DNA of 64,000 bases from Planctomycetota bacterium (GCA_029248265.1 JAQWJQ010000201.1:601-64600), one strand, 5' to 3'. Positions 26,696 through 36,341 are shown, numbered from the stretch's first letter. Notes: generated from the letters alone by a model not told the origin. A program made the numbers and translations.

Positions 26696-27948
26696 GCTTC
26701 GTTCGCTCTGGAGAGGATCTCCTCGAGGAACGAGGAGCCGGCGCCGTCATGGCGGACGCCGAAGGCCTCCGCGATGGTCGCGCCAATGTCCGCAAACGTC
26801 GAGCGCGTTCCGAGCGAAACGCCGCCTTGCACGCGATCCCCGTAGACCAGCAGCGGCACGAATTCCCGCGTGTGGTCCGTGTGATCACCGTTCGTGGGGT
26901 CATTCCCGTGGTCCGCGGTCAGGATGAAGATGTCGTCCTCTCGACGGTCACCCTCGATCTCAACCAGCGCTTGGTCGAAGGCCTCGATAGCCCCCCGGTA
27001 GCCCGCCGGGTCGCGCCGGTGCCCGAACAGCATGTCGAAGTCCACCAGGTTCAAGAACACGAGCCCGTGGTCGAGGTCGCGCACAAGGCTCCCCGTCTGG
27101 ACCATCCCGTCCTCGTTGCCCTTGGTGTGGACCGCCCGCGTCAGCCCGTGCCCCGCGAAGATGTCCTCGATCTTCCCAACCCCGACCACGGGGACGCCAG
27201 CCGCCTTGAGCTGGTCAAGCACGGTCGGCTTCGGCGGGGTGAGCGAGAAGTCTCGTCGGTTGTAGGTCCGCTCGAAACGGTTGGTCGAGCCCTCCTCCGC
27301 GTCCACAAAGGGCCGCGCGATGACCCGGGCGAGGCCGCGCTCCAGAGTGAGCTCTCGCGCCACCTCGCAGACCTCCAGCAGTCGCTTCAGCCCGAAGGCC
27401 TCTTCGTGCGCCGCGATCTGGAGCACCGAGTCCGCGCTGGTGTAGACGATGAGCTTGCCTGTCGCGACGTGCTCCGGCCCGTGCAGCTCGATGACCTCCG
27501 TCCCCGACGCCGGCGCATTGCACAGCCAGCCAGTGACCCCCGTCCGCTCAGCGATCGCCGCGAGGAGATCCTCGTCGAAGCCGTCGGGGAAGGTCGGGAA
27601 GGCGCGGTCGAGCGGGACACCCGCCATCTCCCAGTGGCCTGTGGTCGTGTCCTTTCCAGCGCTCGCCTCGCTCATCTTGCCGAACGCGCCCTCAGGCACG
27701 TCAGCCGCGGGGAAGGCTTCCACGCCCTCGATGTTGCCGAGGCCAAGGGCTTGGAGGCGTGGCGCCTCCGGTGTGCCAGCCGCCTCGCAGATGTGATCGA
27801 GCGTGTGCGCGCCCGCGTCACCAAAGTCAGGAGCGTCAGGCATGGCGCCGACGCCCAGCGAGTCGAGTACCAAGAGGAAGACCCTGCGCCCCCTCCGGCC
27901 AGCGAACTCGGTGGCCGCGTCGGGGCTCGGTGACTCGCGGTGGATCAT
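26692..27948 (-). CDS. deoB: Phosphopentomutase
   Basis: VLDSLGVG, GKDTTTGHWE, YTSADSV.QIAAHE, RVIARPF, NLVDFD..GHRRD, TADHGNDPT, DHTREFVP. Confidence 0.95.
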   Translation of the reverse strand: MIHRESPSPDAATEFAGRRGRRVFLLVLDSLGVGAMPDAPDFGDAGAHTLDHICEAAGTPEAPRLQALGLGNIEGVEAFPAADVPEGAFGKMSEASAGKDTTTGHWEMAGVPLDRAFPTFPDGFDEDLLAAIAERTGVTGWLCNAPASGTEVIELHGPEHVATGKLIVYTSADSVLQIAAHEEAFGLKRLLEVCEVARELTLERGLARVIARPFVDAEEGSTNRFERTYNRRDFSLTPPKPTVLDQLKAAGVPVVGVGKIEDIFAGHGLTRAVHTKGNEDGMVQTGSLVRDLDHGLVFLNLVDFDMLFGHRRDPAGYRGAIEAFDQALVEIEGDRREDDIFILTADHGNDPTNGDHTDHTREFVPLLVYGDRVQGGVSLGTRSTFADIGATIAEAFGVRHDGAGSSFLEEILSRANEA

Positions 27949-28184
27949 GCGCTTCCGCCCGCGGACTCAACCCCTTTGGCGATGAGCTTCTCGATCTCTT
28001 CCTCGAGCTCGTCGACCCACTCCTCACCGAAGTCGCGCTCGAGGAGGTCCCGCTCGCTGAACTCCCACCGGCCGGAGCTGGGGTCAAAATCAAACTGGTA
28101 ATCGTGCTCGCTGCCGTCGTCTTCAGTGACGACGACCTGGACGATGTGGCTTTCGGAGTCGAGCTCGGCTTCGAACGAGGCCAT
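27945..28184 (-). CDS. Small, very acidic hypothetical protein (79 aa)
   Basis: ATG 28184; stop overlaps the deoB start (ATGA); GC3-rich codons. Confidence 0.75.
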   Translation of the reverse strand: MASFEAELDSESHIVQVVVTEDDGSEHDYQFDFDPSSGRWEFSERDLLERDFGEEWVDELEEEIEKLIAKGVESAGGSA

Positions 28185-28354
28185 GTGAGAAGTGCCCCAG
28201 GGTGAGGGGACATGAGGGCTAGATGGAGACGGAGGTGGGGTGCCTTGGACCCTGAGCGGGTCTAGCGCGCCCCGGCGAAGAATAGGAGTCGACCGAGATC
28301 GTGCAACCGCTGAGCGCGGTGAAGTGGGCCCCCCGCGCTGCGGGCGCCCGTTGT

Positions 28355-29872
28355 TCACTTCGCGCGGTCATGCCCTTCCGGATTCGAGACCACCAGAGGA
28401 TTAGGACTCGGCATCCGGGCGCCCACCTCCGCTCGCCAGCGGGCGAGGCGAGCCCCCATGGCCGCCGAGCGGTCTGGCTCGGCGCCGGACCGGTCCGCGG
28501 TCTCACCTGGGTCCTCGACGAGGTGGTAGAGCTCCCCCTCGATCCCATCCGGACCGAACCGCTCGACCCACTTCCAGGGACCCTCGCGGAGGGCTCCGCC
28601 AGGTGTCCCCCCCTGGTTACCCCAGTGCGGGTAGTGCCAATAAAGGCCGCGCGGCGGCGGCGCCGCCCCCCCAGTGAGGGTCGTCAGCAGCTCGACCCCG
28701 TCCATGGTGACCCCCTCCGGAAGCGCGGCGCCGGTGGCAGCGGCGAGCGTCGGCAAGAAGTCCACCGACTGGATGGGAAGCTCGCACACGGTGCCCGGCG
28801 CGAGCTCTCCAGGCCAGCGCATCACGCAGGGCTCGCGGATGCCTCCCTCGTAGAGCCAGCCCTTGCCTGCCCGCAGTGGAGAGTTGCTCGTGGGGTGGCC
28901 CTCGCTGGTCGAGAGGCCGCCGTTGTCCGAGAAGAACACGACCACGGTGTCCTGCGCCAGATCGAGGCGGTCGAGCACGTCGAGCACGCGCCCGGCCGCT
29001 TCATCCATGGCCGCGACCATCGCGGCGTACACCGCGTGTTCCTGAACAAGCCGGACCCGCCGGTCGCCCTCCTTGCCCCACCTCGCCTCGAGGCCCAGGC
29101 GTTGCTTCTTCTCCCTGTAGTGCTCCACGAGGTCGGGGCGGCCGACCAAGGGAGTGTGGACAGAATAGAAGCTGAGGTAGCAGAGCCAAGGCTCACTCGC
29201 GTGCCCCTCGATGAAGGAGATCGCCTCGTCAGCGAGCCGGGCTGGGAGGTGGTCTCCGGGCTCCGAGGTCAGGTTGGGCATTCCGAACGGGTGGAAGTAC
29301 TTGCCCGGTCCGTACGGTCCTCCGCGCCGGTTCCCCGCGACGTTGACGTCGAAGCCCTGGGTGGTCGGATCAAACCCGTCGCCGCCGAGGTGCCACTTGC
29401 CTGCGAAGAAGGTCGCGTAGCCCGCGGACCGAAGGACCTCGGCGAGGGTCACCTCCTCGTGGGGCAAGTGGTCGACGTAGGGGGCCGGCAGCATGGGGAG
29501 CCTCTGGAAGCGACCTGGCTTGCTCTGACGTTTCGCGGCATCGAGGATCGCCTGCGGCTGCGGCGCTCCGAAGTAGTCCGTGGTCGCGAGGCGGGCAGGG
29601 TGGCGGCCGGTCATCAAGCTGGCCCGCGTGGGGCTGCAGACGGGGCAGGCCGCGTAGGCGTTGGAGAACCGCACGCCCTGCGTCGCGAGGCGATCGAGAG
29701 ACGGTGTGTCGTAGAAGCTGTCCGGGTTGTTGAACCCGACGTCCATCCACCCCAGGTCATCGGCGAGCAGCACGAGCACGTTGGGTCCGCGCTCCTCTTG
29801 AACGGCCGCCGCTTGCGGCCACGTTGGGGAGAGCGCGGGCACCGCGAGAGAGAGGATCAGAGCCTGGAACAT
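28355..29872 (-). CDS. Exported formylglycine-dependent sulfatase (S1)
   Basis: PNVLVLLADDLGW, CSPTRASLMTG (CxPxR), GKWHLG, FSDNGG, GKGWLYEGGIR; start re-called at ATG 29872 with signal peptide. Confidence 0.93.
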   Translation of the reverse strand: MFQALILSLAVPALSPTWPQAAAVQEERGPNVLVLLADDLGWMDVGFNNPDSFYDTPSLDRLATQGVRFSNAYAACPVCSPTRASLMTGRHPARLATTDYFGAPQPQAILDAAKRQSKPGRFQRLPMLPAPYVDHLPHEEVTLAEVLRSAGYATFFAGKWHLGGDGFDPTTQGFDVNVAGNRRGGPYGPGKYFHPFGMPNLTSEPGDHLPARLADEAISFIEGHASEPWLCYLSFYSVHTPLVGRPDLVEHYREKKQRLGLEARWGKEGDRRVRLVQEHAVYAAMVAAMDEAAGRVLDVLDRLDLAQDTVVVFFSDNGGLSTSEGHPTSNSPLRAGKGWLYEGGIREPCVMRWPGELAPGTVCELPIQSVDFLPTLAAATGAALPEGVTMDGVELLTTLTGGAAPPPRGLYWHYPHWGNQGGTPGGALREGPWKWVERFGPDGIEGELYHLVEDPGETADRSGAEPDRSAAMGARLARWRAEVGARMPSPNPLVVSNPEGHDRAK

Positions 29873-30238
29873 GCGTCCTTGTGCGGGAGAGGGGCCGTCT
29901 CGGAGCCACGACGCGCTATCGGCGCGGGGGGACGCCCATACTGTCCCCCTCGAGCGGTGGCGTCGAGCCAGCCGCCATGTGATCCCAGCCAGGCCCCCCC
30001 TAGCCACCGTCCGTCGCGGCTCGCCCCGCCCACAGAGGGCTCCAGAACCGTCATCAAACCCCATAACGTGCCGCCAGGGAGCCCGGAGAGGAGCCGGCGA
30101 AGCGTAAAGGCCCCGCTCAAGCGGCAAGAGTTCGACCTACAGGGCATTCCCTCATGACGACCACGAGGCCATAGTGACCCGAGCGGCGCGCGGCTGCAAA
30201 TCGCCCGCACCGCACCAAGTTCGATCCAGGAGACCACC

Positions 30239-31213
30239 ATGACCACCCTCTCGCTCCTGCCTGTCGCCCTTCCGGCGCTGGCACTCGGGGCCTCCCTGGC
30301 GCTCCCGCTCCCCGCGGCCGGCGTCGGCGATCCGCTCCCGACCCCTGAACTGGAGAAGTTCAAACAGACCGAGGCCCAGTCCTTCGAGGACCTGTTCGGC
30401 CGCGTCGTCATCATCGAGTTCTTCGAGTACTGGTGAGGCCCCTGCCGCGGGCAGGTCTCTCACCTCAACGAGCTCAAGGAAGAGTTCGAGAGTGAGGGCC
30501 TGACCATCGTTGGCGTTGCCAGCGAAAGTGAGAGTCAGACCGACCCCTGGATCAAGGAACACGGCGCCACGTACGCCTACGCCTTCGACCACTCCAAGAA
30601 GCTCATGCGCGCCGTCGGCGCGAGCGGCTTCCCCTCGGCGGTTATCGTCGATGCGCAGGGCAACATCGCCTACTCGGGTCACCCTGCGAGCATCAACGCC
30701 TCCGTCCTGAAGCCGCTCCTCAAGAGCGCGCTGAAGACGCCGATGTACGAGTGGCCCAAGTCGTGCAGCAAGGTCGCCAAGGCCCTGCGTAAGGGCAACC
30801 TCGGCGACGCCATCAAGGCCTCCGCCAAGATCGAGGAGGAGCACCCCGATATCGCCGCCGCTGTGGTCGGTATGGCCGACGGGCGCCTCTCCACAATGGA
30901 GAAGGCCGCGAAGGCAGGCGACTGGTTGAAGGTCAAGTCCACCGGCGAGTCCCTCGAGGACGCCGTCAAGGTCTGGCCCGGCGGCGAGAAGGTCACCGCG
31001 ATCCTCGCAGGGCTCAAGGGCGACAAGGCCGCCCAGTCGATCCTCAAGGCGCAGGAGAAGGTCGTCAAGCTGACCGCCGGGAAGGTGAAGGCCTCGCGCT
31101 ACGAGAAGACCAAGAAGGAGCTCGAGAAGATCCGTGACAAGCACAAGGGCACGGCGGCCGAGCGCGACGCGCGCGCGGCCATCGAGAGGCTCAAGGAAGC
31201 CAAGCGCCGCTGA
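30239..31213 (+). CDS. TlpA/ResA-like redoxin selenoprotein (UxxC), 324 aa, in-frame TGA at 30434-30436
   Basis: ORFs 30239..30436 and 30605..31213 share a frame with no other stop. Read-through gives VIIEFFEYW-U-GPCRGQVSHLNEL...LTIVGV...GFPSAVIVDAQGNI. SD AGGAGA and a signal peptide are present. Confidence 0.85.
30432..30467 (+). promoter_or_regulatory. Putative bacterial SECIS element
   Basis: Directly 3' of the TGA: GGCCCCTGCCGCGGGCAGGTCTCTCACCTCA. It contains GCAGGTCT after a 14-nt spacer from the UGA, similar to the E. coli fdhF apical motif. GGTGAG/CTCACC and CCTGCC/GGCAGG pairings are possible. Confidence 0.6.
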
Positions 31214-31235
31214 GCGACGCCTGACCCCGAGACCG

Positions 31236-31275
31236 GACGAGCCCGGCGCTCCACCCTTGGGGCGCCGGGCTCGTC
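31236..31275. terminator. Hairpin between convergent genes
   Basis: GACGAGCCCGGCGCTCCA pairs with TGGGGCGCCGGGCTCGTC: 18-bp stem with one G-U. Confidence 0.7.
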
Positions 31276-31298
31276 GCGTTGTTGGCGGACCGCGGTCC

Positions 31299-31691
31299 TC
31301 AGGGGTGATGGAAGACCTCCTCCGCCGGCAGCCACTGCTCCCCGTCAGGCGTGCCCGGCAGGACCATCTGGCAGGGCTCGGTCTCATGCCACCAGCGACG
31401 CGTCTCCTCGTCCGCTGCGATCCGGCCCATGTCCGCGTTGAAGTCCTCTCCCACGTAGCGGAAGTGACTGAACAGCAGCAGGCGCCCGTGGACCCTCGCC
31501 AGGTAGATGGAGTAGTCCCGGAGGTTGGAGCCGGTGATCCGGCGCAGTACGCCCTCCCACGGGTCCGCGTGGAGCGCCCGGTAGCGCGCCTCCATCTCAG
31601 GTCGGAGCTCGATCACGAGCCCCACGCGACGGTCGCGGGGTCCTGCCGCGAGCGGGGCGGGGTTGGTCCGGTCTTGATCGGGCGCATTCAT
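31299..31691 (-). CDS. L-rhamnose mutarotase (RhaM)-family protein
   Basis: LRPE..ARY..LH...W..V......N..DYSIYL....LFSHF, ET.RWW, EVFH; start re-called at ATG 31691. Confidence 0.85.
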   Translation of the reverse strand: MNAPDQDRTNPAPLAAGPRDRRVGLVIELRPEMEARYRALHADPWEGVLRRITGSNLRDYSIYLARVHGRLLLFSHFRYVGEDFNADMGRIAADEETRRWWHETEPCQMVLPGTPDGEQWLPAEEVFHHP

Positions 31692-32120
31692 CGTGCGGTC
31701 CACGGTATCCGAGCCAAGACCCTGTCGATGGGGCGGAGAGCTTCTCCCGGCCCAGGAACGGAACGCACAGGGGACGTGGAGACCATGACCCCGTCCAGGG
31801 AGCGCCTCGCGGACCCAACCGTGGCTGAGGCCTCTTCGGCCCGTGGCGGCGGCCTCGAGCCTGATCCCTGGACGCCGCCAACAGCCCAGACCCCTGCCCC
31901 TCTTTCCCCCAGACGGAGACCGGTTTCCCCCCAGGCAGAGGCAGGCAGCCCCCATCTCCGTGCCCCAGATAGCGACCTCTTATCCGCCGGCTGCGGCGGC
32001 TCCTGCCCGTCCAACTCGAGGCCGACTCGCGCTCCACAGGCCAAGTTCGCCCCCGTCCGAGGACTTGAGCTTCGATCGCCGCGGGCGCGGTCAGCAAGCT
32101 AGGTTTAGGGTGAGCCAAAA

Positions 32121-33524
32121 ATGATCTCCACCACCCTTAGACGTCTCCCCTGCTTGGCCCTGTTCCTGACCCTCAGCTGCGGTCAACCAGGCCCCATCGA
32201 TCCGGTGCGACCTCAGGACGAGGCCTCCCTGGGGCCCCTGCTCAAGGAGACCGTCGACGAGTACTTGATCCGCGTCGAGGAGCAGCCGGCGAGCGCCGCA
32301 ACGCATGGCCGCCTCGGGCTCCTCTACGAGGCGAACCAGCTCACCTCCGAGGCGGCGAGGTCCTACGCCAACGCACTCGCCCTCGATCCGGATGATCCCG
32401 TCTGGAACTTCCGCCTCGGCATCGCGAAGGTCGCCTTGGGAGATCTCGAGGAGGGCTCTGCGCGCCTCCTCACCGCTGCGGACGAGATGCCAAGTAACGC
32501 CGCCGTCCACCACCGCATCGGGTACCTGTACATGGATCAGGGAGACGTGGAGCGTGCCGTGGCGAGCTTCCGCAAGGCCGTCGCGCTGGCCCCTGATAGC
32601 GCTGCTCCGCTGGCCGAGGCCAGCCTCGGTGAGGCGCTGGTCGCCGCAGACCGCCCTGCGGAAGCGATTGAACCGCTCGAGCACGCCATCCAGACCGCTC
32701 CTACCCTGAAGCCCGCGCTCTACGCTTACGGGCTTGCCATGCGAGCGCTCGGCCGCATCGACCAGGCGGAGATTGCCCTCGAAGCAGGCCTCGGCGCGAA
32801 GCGGATCATGATCCCGCACGCGAGCGGCGCGGACCTCCAGAAGCTGGGGATGTCCTACGGGCAGCGGAACACCTACGCCGGGAGCCTGAGCGGTAACGGG
32901 GAGGCCGCCCATGCCATCCGCGTCCTCGAGGACCTGCTCGTGTACTACCCAGAGGACGAGGTGGTCTTGAACAACCTCGCGGGCATTCACATGCAGCTCG
33001 AGGACTGGGACCAGGCCAAGCGGCTCCTCGAGGATCTCACGGCGTCGGGCACCGACCGCTTCGGCGCTTGGCTCAACCTCGCCACCACGCAGATGAACCT
33101 CGGGAATCTGCCCGCGGCGAGGAAGGCCGTCGATCGCGCGGTGGCCATCCTGCCGAGTCATGTGGACGGCCAGATGGAGCGAGCGAAGATCTGCATCGAG
33201 CAGCGGGACGCGGCCGGCGCGCTGCAGAGCGCGAAACGCGTCTGCGAGCTCGAACCGGAGAACGCGAAGGCGTTCTTGCTCGTGGCGGAGGCGAACACCC
33301 GACTCGGGTTCGCCGGGGAGGCCTGCGCGGCCTTCGAGCAGGTGAACCGGCTGAACACGAGCTTCCTCCCCTCCCGCGTCAGCGCAGCGTCCCTCTACAT
33401 GTCCGCGGGACGCCTCGCGGACGCCGAGCGGTTGATCCTGGAGGCAGAGAACATCGACCCCAAGGAGCCACGCGTCAGGCAGATCCGCTCACGGTTCCAG
33501 CAGCTGAAGCGAGGTGCCCGATGA
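32121..33524 (+). CDS. TPR-repeat lipoprotein
   Basis: Lipobox-like LTLSC; many TPR units (e.g. YANALALDP, FRKAVALAP). Confidence 0.85.
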   Translation: MISTTLRRLPCLALFLTLSCGQPGPIDPVRPQDEASLGPLLKETVDEYLIRVEEQPASAATHGRLGLLYEANQLTSEAARSYANALALDPDDPVWNFRLGIAKVALGDLEEGSARLLTAADEMPSNAAVHHRIGYLYMDQGDVERAVASFRKAVALAPDSAAPLAEASLGEALVAADRPAEAIEPLEHAIQTAPTLKPALYAYGLAMRALGRIDQAEIALEAGLGAKRIMIPHASGADLQKLGMSYGQRNTYAGSLSGNGEAAHAIRVLEDLLVYYPEDEVVLNNLAGIHMQLEDWDQAKRLLEDLTASGTDRFGAWLNLATTQMNLGNLPAARKAVDRAVAILPSHVDGQMERAKICIEQRDAAGALQSAKRVCELEPENAKAFLLVAEANTRLGFAGEACAAFEQVNRLNTSFLPSRVSAASLYMSAGRLADAERLILEAENIDPKEPRVRQIRSRFQQLKRGAR

Positions 33525-35263
33525 TCGCCAACGTGCAGCTCACGCGGAGGCCACCGCGCTCGCAACGGACCACTCTCGCGTTCGCAGCGGCGGCCCTCTG
33601 CGCGTGCTCGGGCGACCCGTCGACTTCGGAGGCGGGCGGAGGAATGGCCGGCAAGGTCTGGTTCGAGGATGTGACCGATGAGTCCGGCCTCAGCTTCGAA
33701 CACATTGCCTACTACGAGCAGAAGTACCTGATGCCCGAGTGCATCGGAGCTGGCGTCGCGCTCATCGACTTCGACAACGACGGCGACCTCGATGTCTACT
33801 GCCTGCAGTCCGGTGACCCCTCGGCCGCTGGCGGCGCGTCGTCGGCGAACCGGCTCTATCGCAACGACGGCTCGGGCAGATTCGTAGACGTGACCGAGGC
33901 CTCGGGAGCAGGGCACCAGGGCAACGGCCGCGGCGCTGCGGTCGGGGACTACGACCAGGACGGCGACCTTGACCTCTACATCACCAACCTGGGACCCAAC
34001 GCCCTCCTGCAGAACAACGGTGACGGGACCTTCTCCAATGTGACGGCCAAGGCCAACGTCGGGCACCCTGGGTGGGGTGCCAGCGCCGCGTTCTTCGACG
34101 CCGACCAGGACGGGGACCTCGACCTCTTCGTCGCGAACTACGTGGAGTGGTCTCCGGGTGCCGAGCTCCCATGCACCGGCGCTGGCGGCGGGCTGGACTA
34201 CTGCAACCCGACCAACTTCGATGCTCCGGCGCAGGACGTCTTGTATCGCAACGAAGGCGACGGGACCTTCAGCGATCACTCCGGAGCCGCGGGCCTCTCG
34301 TCGGCGTTCGGGAACGGCCTCGGGGTGGTGGTGGACGACTTCGACGGGGACGGCTGGCAGGACGTCTACGTCGCGAATGACGGCACCGCCAATCAGCTCT
34401 GGATCAACGGCCGCGACGGGACGTTCCTGGACCGCTCCCTCCTCTCGGGGTGCGCGGTCAACATGAACGGGGCCGTCGAGGCCGGGATGGGTGTCGCGGT
34501 CCTCGACCTGGAGAACGACGGAGACCCGGACCTGCTCATGACCCACCTGCGGGCGGAGAGCAACACGCTCTACGTGAACCGCAGAGGCGTCTTCCGCGAT
34601 CGTACGCTGAACGCTGGACTCCACGCGACGAGCCTCAACTACACCGGCTTCGGACTCGGGGTCGCGGACTTCGACCAGGACGGCAACCTCGACCTGTACG
34701 TCGGCAACGGGCGGGTGGCCCGCTGGACCATGTCCTTTGATCCGAAGAAGCCTTACGCCGAACCGAACCAGCTGTTCCGCGGAACGGGGAGTGGCCAGTT
34801 CAAGGAGGTCGAGCCCCAGGGCGGCGTGCGGGAGGCCTACATCGGCTCAACCCGCGGGTTGGCGCTCGGCGACCTCGACGGCGACGGCGACATCGATATC
34901 GTCCTCTCGGAGAACGGCGAGCGTATGCGCGTCCTCCGGAACGTCGGCGCGCAGGGCAACTGGATCGGCTTCCGCGTGGTGACGCCAGAGGGACAGCCGC
35001 TTCAGGACGTGATCGGGGCGCGGCTCCGCGTGGACTTCGGTGACGAGGTCCGCTGGCGGACGCTGACCGGGGCCTACGGGTTCTGCTCCGCGAACCAGAT
35101 CCACGCTCACGTCGGGCTCGGCGACGCGACGGCCATCGACGCCGTGACCATTCATTGGCCCGACGGCGGCGAGCCCGAGGCCTTCGGACCCTTCGCCGCC
35201 GACTCCACCCACGTGCTGGTGCGAGGCCAAGGGGACGCGCAGGCGCCTCGGGCACAGAAGTGA
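33521..35263 (+). CDS. CRTAC1 / ASPIC-UnbV family protein with FG-GAP repeats
   Basis: ATG 33521 overlaps the upstream stop; repeated D[FY]D.DGD.D motifs; C-terminal IGARL...HVGLG...I.WPDG. Confidence 0.9.
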   Translation: MIANVQLTRRPPRSQRTTLAFAAAALCACSGDPSTSEAGGGMAGKVWFEDVTDESGLSFEHIAYYEQKYLMPECIGAGVALIDFDNDGDLDVYCLQSGDPSAAGGASSANRLYRNDGSGRFVDVTEASGAGHQGNGRGAAVGDYDQDGDLDLYITNLGPNALLQNNGDGTFSNVTAKANVGHPGWGASAAFFDADQDGDLDLFVANYVEWSPGAELPCTGAGGGLDYCNPTNFDAPAQDVLYRNEGDGTFSDHSGAAGLSSAFGNGLGVVVDDFDGDGWQDVYVANDGTANQLWINGRDGTFLDRSLLSGCAVNMNGAVEAGMGVAVLDLENDGDPDLLMTHLRAESNTLYVNRRGVFRDRTLNAGLHATSLNYTGFGLGVADFDQDGNLDLYVGNGRVARWTMSFDPKKPYAEPNQLFRGTGSGQFKEVEPQGGVREAYIGSTRGLALGDLDGDGDIDIVLSENGERMRVLRNVGAQGNWIGFRVVTPEGQPLQDVIGARLRVDFGDEVRWRTLTGAYGFCSANQIHAHVGLGDATAIDAVTIHWPDGGEPEAFGPFAADSTHVLVRGQGDAQAPRAQK

Positions 35264-35295
35264 GCCGGGACGGGGGGACGAGGCCAGCCGGCCCC

Positions 35296-35330
35296 GGTCC
35301 CTCGCTGGGTCCCTCGCTGGGTCCCTCGCT
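35296..35330. repeat. Intergenic 12-bp direct repeat GGTCCCTCGCTG x3 (last copy 11 bp)
   Basis: Directly visible between two convergent genes. Confidence 0.85.
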
Positions 35331-35366
35331 CGAGCCTAGGGAGACGTGGGCGCCGGAGCTCGACCC

Positions 35367-36332
35367 TCAGCGCCTGGACGAGACGAGCTGCGCGTGGCCA
35401 ATGGCCCCGAGGATCCCGACCCCGACGATGTAGAGGGCGTGGAAGGCCAGACCCGTCGAGACGGCCTCCCCCTCCGGGATCCCCACCGCGGCGAATCCCC
35501 ATGCCCAGCCCATGTCGAGCATCCCGAAGCCGAGGAACCCGTTGATCGGGACGAGGCCCCCGAGGACGGCGAGGCTCGCCCCGAAGAGCAGATCAGCCGC
35601 CGCGAGTCCCTCCAGCCCGACGCCCACCCCGAGCGCCGCGTAGACGCCGAGGACGCAGGCCCAGACGGGCAAGCTCAGGAGCGCGGCGCAATAGACCGAG
35701 CGGCGCGGCAGGGTCCGCAGCGCGTCCTCGACGCGGAGGAGGAACCGGCCTGACCGCTCACCCCAGCTCCCGGGGAGCACGCGGAGGAGGGCCCCGCGAC
35801 CCACACGCACCAGATGCTCGCCGCTGAGGATCACCACCCCGAGGGTGACCGAGGCGGCCAGCGCGAACAGACCGAGCGCCTGGAGCCAGGGGAGTTGCGG
35901 GTGGTCCCCCGCGATCGCCATGGCGAGGCACACGGCGCCGAGGACCAGGAGCAGCGTCGCCAGGTCGAGCAAGCGCGAGACGACGAGGCCGACGAGACCA
36001 TGCTCGGCGCGGACGCCCACCCGGGAGAGGTGGAGCACGAGGCTCGCCTCCCCGACCTTGGCTGGCAGCACGTGGCTATCGAGGATCCACGCCGCCGAGG
36101 CCGCCGTGAGCCCCGGGATGGAGACCTCAGAGCCCCCGGCGCCCAGCAAGAGGACCCGGAGCCTGACCGCCCGGACGACGTAGATCAGCGCCTGGATCAG
36201 GAACGCCAGCGCGACCAACCGAAGGTCCGCTGCAGCGAGGGTCGCGAGCACATCCCCCGCGTCCACGCCGCCCCAACCGAAGAGCAGGGCAAGCGCGATG
36301 AGCGCCACCGCGAGGGAGAGGAAGACCTTCAC
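35367..36332 (-). CDS. Lysylphosphatidylglycerol synthase TM / UPF0104 flippase-like membrane protein
   Basis: Multi-TM; RAVRL, LPAKVGE, RLLDL, P.NGFLGFG motifs. Confidence 0.8.
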   Translation of the reverse strand: MKVFLSLAVALIALALLFGWGGVDAGDVLATLAAADLRLVALAFLIQALIYVVRAVRLRVLLLGAGGSEVSIPGLTAASAAWILDSHVLPAKVGEASLVLHLSRVGVRAEHGLVGLVVSRLLDLATLLLVLGAVCLAMAIAGDHPQLPWLQALGLFALAASVTLGVVILSGEHLVRVGRGALLRVLPGSWGERSGRFLLRVEDALRTLPRRSVYCAALLSLPVWACVLGVYAALGVGVGLEGLAAADLLFGASLAVLGGLVPINGFLGFGMLDMGWAWGFAAVGIPEGEAVSTGLAFHALYIVGVGILGAIGHAQLVSSRR

Positions 36333-36341
36333 CCGCAGCGC

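Noticed and set aside
30167-30239. tRNA-Cys-like string just upstream of the selenoprotein (GAGCGG, GCGG-CTGCAAA-TCGC, GTTCGATCC, ending ACCA)
   Set aside because: Loop motifs are suggestive, but the acceptor and T stems do not pair and the 3' part is the SD plus start codon. Likely coincidence; a tRNAscan-SE or Infernal hit would be needed to reconsider.
30239-31213. Interpretation as a nonsense-disrupted pseudogene or two separate genes
   Set aside because: The single TGA falls exactly on the catalytic Cys position and is followed by a SECIS-like segment and an intact frame, so Sec recoding is more parsimonious.
31692-32120. About 430-bp intergenic region as possible ncRNA or riboswitch
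   Set aside because: I could not recognise any conserved motif or convincing long structure; it is compatible with divergent promoters. An Rfam scan would settle it.
35296-35330. Possible CRISPR mini-array
   Set aside because: The repeats are only 12 bp, contiguous without spacers, and no cas genes are present.
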